A stretch of 49,240 nucleotides of DNA from an uncultured bacterium (GCA_964606555.1 CAZSGU010000002.1:1-49240); one strand, 5' to 3'. Positions 18,553 through 28,193 are shown, counted from the stretch's first letter. Numbers and translations: made by a program. Notes: generated from the sequence alone by a model not told the origin.

Positions 18553-20316
18553 ATGAAAAAATTTAAATCATACTTCTTAATAATAGTTTTGGTTACAAAT
18601 GTTTCTGCCCAAAACTTGATAAATGGTAATGAAAAAAAACCATTTATGAATACTAGTGATATTGCATTTTCTGGAAGTATTAATAATATTTCACCTATTC
18701 TGGATGAAGCAAAACAATTTCTTTCTGATGCTGTTATTGCAGATATCAATCAAGATACAATCGAGGTTATATATAATATTAAGAAAATTTTTGATTTATT
18801 ATCAGATGTTGAACAGATTGGTGTTCGTAATGAGCTTGATAAAATTGAATTTGAAAAATTCCAAAATGATTTTATCCAAGTTTATTCTACCACACTAAAT
18901 ACTTTGAAAAATTCTAGCCAAATATTGAATGCCGAACTTATTCGACAACAAGTTGTAGAGATGGCAGATGAAAATGAATCAGTTGAGATGGGAACAACAA
19001 AATACACCGTTCTTGATGATCGAGAAGGACATATTCCATTAGTTACTAATTCTCAAGTAGAAAGTTATATTAGATATTTTCAGGGTAAAGGTAGAAAAGG
19101 ATTTAACATTTGGCTTAGGCGATATGTGCAATACAAGGATATAATATTGCCAATTTTAGAAGCAAATAATCTTCCTGAAGAATTAATCGTTGTTTCTATA
19201 ATTGAGTCAGGTCTTGATCCAAAGGCAGTATCTAGGGCAAAGGCAGTAGGATTATGGCAATTTATGTATTCAACAGGGAAACAGTATGGATTGGAAAGAA
19301 CTTGGTATGTTGATGAACGTCAAGATATCCTTAAATCTACAGAAGCAGCAGTTGAATATTTTAAAGATTTATATAAAGAGTTTGAAGATTGGTATTTAGT
19401 ACTAGCTGCATACAATACCGGTCCAGGAAGAGTTAATCGTGCAGTAAACCTTCATGAAACCTCAGATTATTGGCAATTATATTCATTGCCTAAAGATACT
19501 AAAAACTATATACCATATTTTTTATCTTCTGCGATTATTTTGAAGAATCCAGAGAAATATGGATTTAAAATTCCAAAATCCAAACCACTTACATATGATG
19601 AAGTTATTATTAAAAAAAGTGCTGATTTGGCTGTGATTGCAAAATCTGCAGAAACAAGAACAAGTACTATCAAATACTTAAATCCTGAACTAAGGCAATC
19701 TGCAACACCTTCAAATGGAGATTATATATTGAGAATACCTTATGGAAAAAAAGATACATTTTATAAAACATTTAATGCATTACCAGAAACAGAAAGATTT
19801 GCTACTCAGAAAGTAGAACATCGTGTAAAAAAAGGTGAAAATCTATCAACGATTGCTTCAAAATATCGTGTTTTAATTTCAGATTTAATGACAATTAACA
19901 GTCTAAAAAATGATCGATTAAGCATAGGACAAAGATTAAAAATTCCAGTCAAAGGTGGGATTTATTCTAACTATCCTGAGAAAGTTAGTTATACCGTTAA
20001 GAAAGGTGATACACTTGGAGCTATTGCTGAAAAATATAATACGAGAGCAAGTGAGATTAGAAAATGGAATAAAATGAATCCAAATGATCATTTGATAAAT
20101 ATTGGACAGAAATTAATATTGTTTGTCGGTAAAAATGTAGATCAATCTAGCAATATACCAACTAGGATTGTTTATACCATCAAAGTTGGAGATCAACTTG
20201 GATATATTGCTGAAAAATATAATACCAGTGCAAAAAAGATTAGAGAATGGAATCAAATGAAACCAGGAAGTTCTACTATTTATCCTGGACAAAAATTAGT
20301 ATTATTTACAGAATAA
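18553..20316 (+). CDS. membrane-bound lytic murein transglycosylase (MltD-like: SLT domain + 3 LysM)
   Basis: Signal peptide MKKFKSYFLIIVLVTNVSAQ from ATG 18553. The SLT block is ESGLDPKAVSRAKAVGLWQFM...AAYNTGPGRV. There are three LysM repeats (HRVKKGENLSTIASKY, YTVKKGDTLGAIAEKY, YTIKVGDQLGYIAEKY). Confidence 0.85.
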   Translation: MKKFKSYFLIIVLVTNVSAQNLINGNEKKPFMNTSDIAFSGSINNISPILDEAKQFLSDAVIADINQDTIEVIYNIKKIFDLLSDVEQIGVRNELDKIEFEKFQNDFIQVYSTTLNTLKNSSQILNAELIRQQVVEMADENESVEMGTTKYTVLDDREGHIPLVTNSQVESYIRYFQGKGRKGFNIWLRRYVQYKDIILPILEANNLPEELIVVSIIESGLDPKAVSRAKAVGLWQFMYSTGKQYGLERTWYVDERQDILKSTEAAVEYFKDLYKEFEDWYLVLAAYNTGPGRVNRAVNLHETSDYWQLYSLPKDTKNYIPYFLSSAIILKNPEKYGFKIPKSKPLTYDEVIIKKSADLAVIAKSAETRTSTIKYLNPELRQSATPSNGDYILRIPYGKKDTFYKTFNALPETERFATQKVEHRVKKGENLSTIASKYRVLISDLMTINSLKNDRLSIGQRLKIPVKGGIYSNYPEKVSYTVKKGDTLGAIAEKYNTRASEIRKWNKMNPNDHLINIGQKLILFVGKNVDQSSNIPTRIVYTIKVGDQLGYIAEKYNTSAKKIREWNQMKPGSSTIYPGQKLVLFTE

Positions 20317-20337
20317 AGTCATAAAGGAAATAGAGAT

Positions 20338-20628
20338 ATGATTAAACAAAATATAATTGATAATGTATCAGCGAATACTGGTTTAACAAAGGTAGAAGTA
20401 GAAGCTGTACTTAATAATTCATTTAGGGAAATTATTACTACCTTAAGCAATAATGAAAAGATTGAGTTAAGAGGTTTTGGAACATTTGCAGTTAAACATA
20501 GAATGCCTAAAAAGGCACGTAATCCAGCTACTGGAGATCCTGTATATCTTCCAGAGCGTTATGTTCCAGTTTTTAAGCCTTCAAAACTAATGAAAAATAC
20601 TGTCAACGATAAATTGATTGAATATTAA
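20338..20628 (+). CDS. HU/IHF-family DNA-binding protein
   Basis: 96 aa with the LRGFGTF...ARNPATGDPV...P.FKPSK arm motif. Confidence 0.85.
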   Translation: MIKQNIIDNVSANTGLTKVEVEAVLNNSFREIITTLSNNEKIELRGFGTFAVKHRMPKKARNPATGDPVYLPERYVPVFKPSKLMKNTVNDKLIEY

Positions 20629-20630
20629 AT

Positions 20631-20635
20631 AGGAG
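20631..20635 (+). promoter_or_regulatory. Shine-Dalgarno-like AGGAG, 6 nt upstream of the 31-aa ORF
   Basis: The sequence reads AGGAG-tattta-ATG. By eye, most other gene starts in the window lack any purine-rich SD. Confidence 0.4.
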
Positions 20636-20641
20636 TATTTA

Positions 20642-20737
20642 ATGCCTTGCGGTAAAAAAAGAAAAAAAAGAAAAATGAATACACATAAACGTAAAAAACG
20701 TTTACGTGCAGATAGACATAAGAAAAAAAATAGATAA
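20642..20737 (+). CDS. 31-aa highly basic peptide, bS22 / mS38 (AURKAIP1-COX24)-like putative ribosomal protein
   Basis: Not in the ORF track. The translation is MPCGKKRKKRKMNTHKRKKRLRADRHKKKNR. It contains the M.THKRKKRL core I associate with the small basic peptides found in Bacteroidota and Actinobacteria (bS22). Confidence 0.6.
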   Translation: MPCGKKRKKRKMNTHKRKKRLRADRHKKKNR

Positions 20738-20742
20738 ATAAG

Positions 20743-21615
20743 ATGAAACCAAAAAGTTTTGCTGTTTGGGCTAATGTTGGAAAAAAAGAAATACCAGCAC
20801 TAGTTCGTGATGTTGGACAATGGGCAAACCATAATGATTTGCAATTGTTTTTACCCCAAGGTTTAGAAAACCTAGACTCTCTTCCAAGCAATTATACATT
20901 ATATGATCATAATAAACCTCCTAATGTGGATTTCCTACTATGTTTAGGTGGAGATGGTACCTTACTTTCTGGGGTTCGTCTATTTAGCAATCCAATGGTT
21001 CCTGTTTTAGGTGTTCATATTGGAGGATTAGGATTTCTTGCTCAAATTGTTCCAGATGAATTAATAGAAAAATTAGATTTAATTAAGAATGGAGAATTTA
21101 GTATTCAAGATCGTTTAGTATTAAATGCAGAAATTTCTCACAATAGTGATAACAATACTTATTTTGCCATTAATGACTTTGTTGTGCAAAATAAAGTAGC
21201 ATATCGAGTAACCTCTCTTGATCTTTATATTAATGGTAAACATGTTAGTGATTATAAATCAGATGGAATTATTATCAGTACCCCAACGGGGTCAACTGCC
21301 TATTCTCTATCATCTGGAGGTCCAATCGTACAACCAGACGTTTTTTCTATTGTAGTTACTCCAATTGCTCCTCATTCTCTAACATCAAGACCATTGGTTT
21401 TACCTCCTGATGTAGAAATCGAATTTCGATTTAATGGTCATTCAGAAAAAGAATTAAAATTAATTTGTGATGGACAACATATTGAGCATTTTACCGATAA
21501 ATCTATTGTAAAGATTAGACAAGCAAAAAACCATTTAAAATTTATCACATTTAATGATTACGATTACTACCAAACCTTAAAGACTAAAATGGTTTGGGGT
21601 AAAAGAGGTTCGTAA
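20743..21615 (+). CDS. nadK: NAD kinase
   Basis: 290 aa with GGDGTLL and STPTGSTAYSLSSGGPIV. Confidence 0.9.
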   Translation: MKPKSFAVWANVGKKEIPALVRDVGQWANHNDLQLFLPQGLENLDSLPSNYTLYDHNKPPNVDFLLCLGGDGTLLSGVRLFSNPMVPVLGVHIGGLGFLAQIVPDELIEKLDLIKNGEFSIQDRLVLNAEISHNSDNNTYFAINDFVVQNKVAYRVTSLDLYINGKHVSDYKSDGIIISTPTGSTAYSLSSGGPIVQPDVFSIVVTPIAPHSLTSRPLVLPPDVEIEFRFNGHSEKELKLICDGQHIEHFTDKSIVKIRQAKNHLKFITFNDYDYYQTLKTKMVWGKRGS

Positions 21616-21637
21616 AAGTTAATTTTTATTGTAGAAG

Positions 21638-22123
21638 ATGGATACATTAAGTCATGCACTTTGGGGTAGAGGTTTATTTGGTTATAGAGGTTATAAATGG
21701 TTAGCGATTTTTTTTGGAGCTATGCCAGACCTTTTTTCTTTTGGGATATTAATTATTGTTAGAATTTTTAGCGGTCATTATTCTAGTGGCAATTATACTT
21801 ATAGTGGTCCTCCAAGTTTAGAAAGTATTCCAGATTGGCTTTTTTTTAGTTACAATTTATCTCATAGCTTTATAATTGCCTTTTTATGTATTGGAATAGT
21901 TTATTTTTTTAATAAATCGCTAGCATTTCCTATGTTGGCCTGGCCTTTTCATATTTTATTAGATTTTCCCTTCCATTCTAAAGAGTATTTTCCTACTAAA
22001 TTTTTATGGCCTTTAACTGATTTTTCTATTGATGGAATTCCATGGTCAAACCCTGAAATTTGGTTTCCTAATGTAGCAGGAATTATAATTTTATTTATTT
22101 ATAGAAATAGAAAATTTTCTTAA
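21638..22123 (+). CDS. YdjM/DUF457-like membrane-bound metal-dependent hydrolase
   Basis: 161 aa with N-terminal MDTLSHALWG, several TM helices and conserved His residues (LSHSF, PFHILLDFPFH). Confidence 0.5.
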   Translation: MDTLSHALWGRGLFGYRGYKWLAIFFGAMPDLFSFGILIIVRIFSGHYSSGNYTYSGPPSLESIPDWLFFSYNLSHSFIIAFLCIGIVYFFNKSLAFPMLAWPFHILLDFPFHSKEYFPTKFLWPLTDFSIDGIPWSNPEIWFPNVAGIIILFIYRNRKFS

Positions 22124-23012
22124 AGAGATTTTTAATAATATACCCAGCCATTTTCGGATTTTCTTTTAAACGTCTTATTGAATAATCGTACCAATTATCG
22201 CCATAAGGAACATAAACACGTATCTTATTGCCTTCTTGAATTAGTTGTTGCAAGATTTTTTCCATAGGAACTCCATATAGAACTTGAAATTCATATTGAG
22301 TTTTAGGAATATTGTTATCTTGGATCCACTGGTATAGACTATTAATTAAATATTCATCATGACCTGCAATTCCTATATAAGAACCTTTTTGTAATCCGGT
22401 TTGAACAAGTTTGATATAATTTTCTCTTATCTTTTCATAATCAGCATAAGCAATATCTTCGCTTTCTATATAAATACCTTTACAAATTCTACAATTAAAA
22501 TGTTCATTAGCTAATGTATTTAAATCATCCATAGAACGATGCATGTATGCTTGTAAGACAATTCCAATATTAGCATATACTCCCAATGCTTCTTTATATA
22601 ATGTAATTGTTTCAGAGGTGTAAGGAGAATTTTCCATATCAAGACGTAGAAAATTATGATGTTTTTTAGCTTTTTCAGTTAAAATCATCAAATTTTTCTT
22701 AACAATATTATACCCAAGATCTTGTCCTATGTGGGTTAATTTAATTGATAGATTTGCTTGTAAAGATCTAGAGGAAATTTCATCATATAAATTTGCATAT
22801 TTTTCTGTAATCTCTCTTGCTTCTTTTTCTGTCTTAACATGTTCTCCTAGAATATCGATTGCAATATCATATCCTTGGTTATTTAAATTCTTTACAGTTA
22901 ATAACATTTCATCATCTGTAATGCCTGCAATGTAAGGGGAAGCAAAGAGTTTGATAAAACTTTTTGGTAAAAAAGGAATGATTTGAATTAGCAAATTATT
23001 TATTAATTTCAT
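22095..23012 (-). CDS. proline dehydrogenase (monofunctional PRODH)
   Basis: It has a TIM-barrel PRODH fold, with LSIKLTHIG, LRLDMENS, VLQAYMHRS and QVLYGVP...VYVPYG..WYDYSIRRLKENP. I prefer ATG 23012, and the track's TTG at 23030 adds only 6 aa. Confidence 0.85.
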   Translation of the reverse strand: MKLINNLLIQIIPFLPKSFIKLFASPYIAGITDDEMLLTVKNLNNQGYDIAIDILGEHVKTEKEAREITEKYANLYDEISSRSLQANLSIKLTHIGQDLGYNIVKKNLMILTEKAKKHHNFLRLDMENSPYTSETITLYKEALGVYANIGIVLQAYMHRSMDDLNTLANEHFNCRICKGIYIESEDIAYADYEKIRENYIKLVQTGLQKGSYIGIAGHDEYLINSLYQWIQDNNIPKTQYEFQVLYGVPMEKILQQLIQEGNKIRVYVPYGDNWYDYSIRRLKENPKMAGYIIKNLFKKIFYFYK

Positions 23013-23042
23013 ACCGAATAAATTTAACAAATAAAAAAATCA

Positions 23043-24251
23043 ATGAAAGTAGTATTAATCATCGGTGGTGCAGTATCAGGATCTACTGCTGCTCAAAAAT
23101 TAACAGAGCATGGTATTCGATGTGTAATTGTAGATCAGAATCGTTTACCCTATGGAAAAATTGAAGACGGACTTCCAAGATGGCATGAAAAACAACGTCT
23201 TAGTGAGTATGCTAAGATTGATGAGGTCATGGCTAATGATTTGGTGGATTTTATTCCTCTTACCAAAATAGGGGATCATATTAGTTTTAAAGAAATTTAT
23301 GACATAAACTGGAGTTGTGTTTATTTTGCCAATGGTGCTTGGATAGATAGATCATTCCCAATTAAAGGTGTTGAAGAATTTTCAAACTTTTACTACCAAA
23401 ATCCTTTTGTATACTGGTTTAATCATTATCACGAACATGATTATAATGGTCCTGAGATAGTTATCCAAGATGATATATTGGTTGTAGGAGGTGGGCTTGC
23501 TTCAATTGATGTATGTAAAATTACTCAGTTAGAACTCGTAAAAGAAAAAATAAAATCTAAAGTAAAAAATGTTGATGTTATTGATATGGAACACAAAGGA
23601 ATCCCAAAATATCTAGAAGAACATAATATTGACTATAATAGTCTTGGGATTAAGGGAACAACCTTGATATATAGGAGAGACATAGAAAATATGCCTCTTA
23701 CAACTATTCCATCTGATGCTAAGCCTGAGATGGTTGATAAACGCAGACAAGCACGAAGAAAGATTTTAAATAATACCCAAGAAAAATTTTTGTTTAATGT
23801 ATTAGAATGTACACAACCTACTGCCTTAAATATCGTAGAAGGGAATTTGGAAGGTTTAGAAATAATTAAAAATAAAATTGTAGATAATCAACCAATTCCA
23901 ATTGATGATTCTAATCAAATTCTAAAAGGAAATATTATTATTAGTTCTATTGGTAGTTTGCCAGAGCCAATTGATGGTCTTCCAATGAGTGGATCTACTT
24001 ATGATATTATAGATGAAGATTCTGGCAAATTTAATAATCTAGATAAAGTACATGGAATGGGTAATGCAATTACTGGAAAAGGAAATATTAAAGCATCTCG
24101 TGTTAGTGCCAGAACTGTAGGAGATTTAACAATTGATTTAATTCAGGATATTGATTCTGAATCAATAGAGCATATTGATGAAAGAATAAAAGAATGGCAA
24201 AATCGTTCATCTTATAATGGAAATTATTTTGAGTGGAAATCTAAAAAATAA
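23043..24251 (+). CDS. FprA/adrenodoxin-reductase-like FAD/NAD(P)-dependent oxidoreductase
   Basis: 402 aa. The first dinucleotide fold is VLIIGGAVSGSTAA, followed by LPYGKIEDGLPRWHEK, GAWIDRSFPIKG and a second Rossmann fold at ILVVGGGLASIDVCKI. The block order matches ferredoxin-NADP+ reductases of the adrenodoxin-reductase type, from recalled alignment only. Confidence 0.5.
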   Translation: MKVVLIIGGAVSGSTAAQKLTEHGIRCVIVDQNRLPYGKIEDGLPRWHEKQRLSEYAKIDEVMANDLVDFIPLTKIGDHISFKEIYDINWSCVYFANGAWIDRSFPIKGVEEFSNFYYQNPFVYWFNHYHEHDYNGPEIVIQDDILVVGGGLASIDVCKITQLELVKEKIKSKVKNVDVIDMEHKGIPKYLEEHNIDYNSLGIKGTTLIYRRDIENMPLTTIPSDAKPEMVDKRRQARRKILNNTQEKFLFNVLECTQPTALNIVEGNLEGLEIIKNKIVDNQPIPIDDSNQILKGNIIISSIGSLPEPIDGLPMSGSTYDIIDEDSGKFNNLDKVHGMGNAITGKGNIKASRVSARTVGDLTIDLIQDIDSESIEHIDERIKEWQNRSSYNGNYFEWKSKK

Positions 24252-24320
24252 TTTTTTCTTAATTATTATATAGAACTCGACTATCTTTTTTATTATTTTC
24301 TCATCTCTACTTTACAATTA

Positions 24321-25658
24321 ATGTTTAAGCTTAAAATAAAAAACGGGCACAATGTTAATATTGCTGGAAACCCAGACAAGAAATTTCTACCCACAAGACA
24401 TCATAGCTCTGTTTCTTTATCGCCTGAAAACTTTCGTTATATAAAACCAAAACTTTTAGTAAAAGAAAATGATTCTATACAATTAGGTGATCCTGTTTTT
24501 TTTGATAAATTGAATCCAGAAATTAAATGGCCAGCCATTGCTTCTGGTAAAATATCTAAAATTGTTTATGGCGATAGACGTGTTATTAAGGAAATCATTT
24601 TTGAAGTGAATGATGAAAAGGAAAAATCTCTCCAACCGAACCCTCCGAATGGATTATCTTCAAAAGGGGAGGTAATCAATTATTTACTAGAAAAAAATAT
24701 GTGGCCATTTTTAAGACAAAGACCATTCAATAAAGTGGCAAATCCTTCTGATAATCCAAAATCAATTATTATTAGTCTTGCTAATACAGCTCCATTAGCG
24801 ATTAATCATCATTTTACTTTATCCGATCAGCAGGAATATATTGTTAGCGCTCTAAAACATTTAAAAGAATTAACCGATGGAAAGCTATTTCTTATTGTTA
24901 AGCCGGGGGAATTTACTTATCTATCTGATTTAGAATATATCGATTTAATAGAAATAGAAGGACCTCATCCTGCTGGGAACATTGGTGTAGTTCTTAATCA
25001 CATTCAACCAATCAATAACAAAGATATTATTTGGACAGTAGAAGGACACCATCTTCCTATCCTTGGTAAAATATTTTCTGATGGTATTTTTGATCCTTCA
25101 ATAACAATTAATATAGCGGGTCCTTGTGTAAAAAAACCAAGCTATATAAAAACAAGATTAGGTTGTCCAGTAGATATCTACTGTCAAGATAATCTTACAA
25201 CAGATGATGTTAGAATTATTTCTGGAAATGTTTTAACTGGAAAAGAAATAAATCTAGATGGATATACAAATTTTTATGATTCATCTATATCTATTATCAA
25301 AAAATCATTTGAAAGATCATTTATGGGATGGTTACATCCAGGAGGATCATCTAAATATAGTATTTTCAATGCTTATATTGGTGACAATAAAAAACCTTAT
25401 AGATTTACCACACTTCAAAATGGAAGTGAAAGAGCTTTTGTTCCTATTGGTGCATGGGAAAAAGTGTTTCCTATGGATATTTATATTAATGAGCTTGCAA
25501 GAAGTATCGTAGCTAATGATGTTGATGAAATGGAACAATTGGGTATTTATGAATGTGATGAAGAAGATGTAGCTCTTTGCTCATTTGTTTGTCCAAGCAA
25601 GACGGATGTTGGTGGAATTATTAGAAAGGGTTTGGATTTAATTTATTTTGATGGATAA
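24321..25658 (+). CDS. nqrA: Na+-translocating NADH:quinone oxidoreductase subunit A
   Basis: 445 aa. It is first in a six-gene nqr block and has the NqrA-like C-terminus (YECDEEDVALCSFVCPSK). Confidence 0.9.
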   Translation: MFKLKIKNGHNVNIAGNPDKKFLPTRHHSSVSLSPENFRYIKPKLLVKENDSIQLGDPVFFDKLNPEIKWPAIASGKISKIVYGDRRVIKEIIFEVNDEKEKSLQPNPPNGLSSKGEVINYLLEKNMWPFLRQRPFNKVANPSDNPKSIIISLANTAPLAINHHFTLSDQQEYIVSALKHLKELTDGKLFLIVKPGEFTYLSDLEYIDLIEIEGPHPAGNIGVVLNHIQPINNKDIIWTVEGHHLPILGKIFSDGIFDPSITINIAGPCVKKPSYIKTRLGCPVDIYCQDNLTTDDVRIISGNVLTGKEINLDGYTNFYDSSISIIKKSFERSFMGWLHPGGSSKYSIFNAYIGDNKKPYRFTTLQNGSERAFVPIGAWEKVFPMDIYINELARSIVANDVDEMEQLGIYECDEEDVALCSFVCPSKTDVGGIIRKGLDLIYFDG

Positions 25659-26835
25659 TATGAATTTCTTAAAAAAAATATTAGAACGATCAGAAAAATT
25701 ATTTGAAAAAGGAAAATTCCTATCATGGGCTCATCCGATATGGGAAGCAACTGATACGATTCTATTTTCTACTGATAAACAGACAAGTTCTGGTCCTCAT
25801 ATAAGAGATAATATGGACATTAAAAGAGTAATGTTTTTTGTAGTCATTGCCTTAATTCCTTGCTATTTATTCGGAGCTTATAATATTGGTTATCTAAATG
25901 CTATGGCAACAGATGTATCAAGATCTATGTTTGAAAATTTTATTTTTGGTATGTCATATGTGTTGCCAATATTAATTATTACTTTTATATCAGGAGCAAT
26001 TTGTGAACTTACTTTTTCTGTTATTCGTAGGCATGAAGTAAATGAAGGATTTCTTGTTACTTGTGCGTTAATTCCTCTGACAATGCCACCAGATGCTCCT
26101 TTATGGCAAGTTTTTATTGGTACTGCATTTGGGATTATCATTGGAAAAGAAATTTTTGGTGGAGTTGGAACAAATATTTTTAATCCAGCATTAACGGCTC
26201 GTGCTTTTATGTATTTTGCTTTTCCAACTAAGATGTCAGGTGATAGAATTTGGGCTGTAGGACCTGATGGATATACCGGAGCAACTGCGTTATCTATTCC
26301 AGCAAATCCTGTTGAATATGATACAGCATCTAATTTATTTAATCAAGCAACTCAATTTGATTTTTCACTATGGAATATGTGCTGGGGTTTAATTCCAGGT
26401 TCTATAGGAGAGACAAATAAAATATTAATTTTACTTGGAGCGATTTTTCTAGTTTATATTGGAATTGCTTCTTGGAGAACTATGGTAGCTTCAGTGATTG
26501 GATTATTTTTTACTGCTTCTTTATTTAATATTCTTGCTGGTTTTTCTACTAATGCCATGTTGACAATTACACCGTTGCAACACCTTTTAATTGGCAGTTT
26601 TTTATTTGGTGTAGTTTTTATGGCAACTGAGCCGGTGACATCTGCGCATACTAACAAGGGGAAATGGATATATGGTTTTATGATTGGAGTATTGACCGTA
26701 ATTATTAGATCAGTTAATCCAGCATATCCAGAAGGAGTCATGCTTGCCATTCTTATTATGAATATGTTCGCTCCATTGATAGATTATTATGTCGTAAAAT
26801 CTAACGTAAATATGAGACTTAATAGAAATGCATAG
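25651..26835 (+). CDS. nqrB: Na+-NQR subunit B
   Basis: Polytopic membrane protein with the flavinylation motif GYTGATALS. The start is uncertain (TTG 25648, ATG 25651 or ATG 25660). Confidence 0.9.
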   Translation: MDNMNFLKKILERSEKLFEKGKFLSWAHPIWEATDTILFSTDKQTSSGPHIRDNMDIKRVMFFVVIALIPCYLFGAYNIGYLNAMATDVSRSMFENFIFGMSYVLPILIITFISGAICELTFSVIRRHEVNEGFLVTCALIPLTMPPDAPLWQVFIGTAFGIIIGKEIFGGVGTNIFNPALTARAFMYFAFPTKMSGDRIWAVGPDGYTGATALSIPANPVEYDTASNLFNQATQFDFSLWNMCWGLIPGSIGETNKILILLGAIFLVYIGIASWRTMVASVIGLFFTASLFNILAGFSTNAMLTITPLQHLLIGSFLFGVVFMATEPVTSAHTNKGKWIYGFMIGVLTVIIRSVNPAYPEGVMLAILIMNMFAPLIDYYVVKSNVNMRLNRNA

Positions 26836-27544
26836 CAATAGATATACATTACTTTTTGTTTTTATCATAACTGTTGTTATAGGAACTTTGCTTTCCGTTA
26901 CTAAAGAAAATCTAAAAGATAAACAAGAGGATAATCTCAGAGCTGATGTGAATAAGACTATTCTTCGTTCACTTAACTTTTCAGAAGAAGAAAGTGATCC
27001 ATGGTCTAATGAGAAAGTTGAAGAAATATTTAATAATAGTATTGTAGGATTGTGTGTTGATTCAGAAGGCAATAAAATTGATAATATTGTATTAGAAGAG
27101 ATTGATATTGAAAAAGATATTGAACGATTGCCAGTGTATCTCAAGGTTGTTAAAGGTGAACTACAAGGTATTGCTTTACCAATTGCAGGGAAAGGATTGT
27201 GGTCTACAGTATTTGGTTATATTGCTTTAGGGCCAGATCTAGATACAGTGTTAGGCATTCAATTCTATAAACATGGTGAAACTCCTGGATTAGGGGGTGA
27301 AGTTGAAAAAGAGTGGTTTACAAACAATTTTATTGGTAAAAAAATTAGAAATGTTGATGGCGAAATTATTGGGATAAAAGTTCTAAAAGGTAAAGTGGAC
27401 TATAGTAAAGAAGATGCCATTCATCAAGTTGATGGAATATCTGGAGCAACAGTTACTTCAAATGGTGTAACTATATTTTTGAAGGATGATTTAAAAAGAT
27501 ATGAAGCATATTTAAATAAAATAAGAGAAAATGGAATTATTTAG
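26828..27544 (+). CDS. nqrC: Na+-NQR subunit C
   Basis: 238 aa with a single N-terminal TM helix and the FMN-attachment motif DGISGATVTS. Confidence 0.9.
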   Translation: MHSNRYTLLFVFIITVVIGTLLSVTKENLKDKQEDNLRADVNKTILRSLNFSEEESDPWSNEKVEEIFNNSIVGLCVDSEGNKIDNIVLEEIDIEKDIERLPVYLKVVKGELQGIALPIAGKGLWSTVFGYIALGPDLDTVLGIQFYKHGETPGLGGEVEKEWFTNNFIGKKIRNVDGEIIGIKVLKGKVDYSKEDAIHQVDGISGATVTSNGVTIFLKDDLKRYEAYLNKIRENGII

Positions 27545-28193
27545 TACAGAATCTAAAAAAATTGTTACTGATCCGTTAAATATTAACAATCCTATCTCTT
27601 TGCAAGTATTAGGTATCTGTTCTGCTTTAGCAGTGACTATAAGAGTGGATCAAGCAATTATCATGACCTTCGCCGTAATTTTTGTACTATGTTCATCTAA
27701 TGTTGCGATTTCTATCTTAAAAGACTATATACCAAGTCGAGTTAGAATTGTAATTATGCTAGCGATAATTGCAGGGTTAGTATCCTTCGTTGATGAGGTA
27801 CTTAAGGCATATTTATATGACATGAGTAAGCAGTTATCAGTGTTTGTTGGTCTTATTGTTACTAATTGTATTATTATGGGCCGTGCTGAAGCCTTTGCAA
27901 TTAAACATGGACCATCAAAAGCATTTCTAGATGGATTAGGAAATGGTTTGGGTTATGGAATGATGATTATTCTTGTATCATTCTTTAGAGAGTTATTTGG
28001 AGCTGGTACTATTACTTTACCAGATGGTGGTGCAGGGTATATATTATTTTCTATTGAACGTGACGCTAGTTGGTTAATTAATGCAGGATATGAAAATATT
28101 GGATTATTGGTATTATCACCTGGGGCATTTTTTATCCTAGGTCTTGTTATTTGGGCACAAAGAGAAATTGCTGGTCTTGAGGAAGAAGAATAA
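27531..28193 (+). CDS. nqrD: Na+-NQR subunit D
   Basis: 220 aa polytopic protein with conserved Cys in LGICSALA and VTNCIIMGRAEAF. Confidence 0.9.
   Translation: MELFSTESKKIVTDPLNINNPISLQVLGICSALAVTIRVDQAIIMTFAVIFVLCSSNVAISILKDYIPSRVRIVIMLAIIAGLVSFVDEVLKAYLYDMSKQLSVFVGLIVTNCIIMGRAEAFAIKHGPSKAFLDGLGNGLGYGMMIILVSFFRELFGAGTITLPDGGAGYILFSIERDASWLINAGYENIGLLVLSPGAFFILGLVIWAQREIAGLEEEE

Noticed and set aside
18656-18898. Same-strand alternative-frame ORFs inside larger genes (18656-18898, 25258-25512, 30660-30890, 41063-41281)
   Set aside because: They lie inside the MltD-like, nqrA, apbE and ccmF coding regions in another frame. Their products are low-complexity I/L/F/K-rich with no motifs, as expected in AT-rich DNA.
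20625-20891. 88-aa minus-strand ORF listed in the track
   Set aside because: It overlaps the 31-aa basic peptide gene and the 5' end of nadK on the opposite strand. Its poly-Phe stretch is simply the complement of the Lys-rich A-tract.
26710-27144. 144-aa minus-strand ORF, plus other 63-98-aa minus-strand ORFs across the nqr genes
   Set aside because: They are antisense to well-supported nqrB/nqrC coding sequence and Ser/Ile-rich with no motifs, so they are shadow ORFs. The same applies to 25890-26141, 26454-26750, 27953-28207 and 29311-29571.
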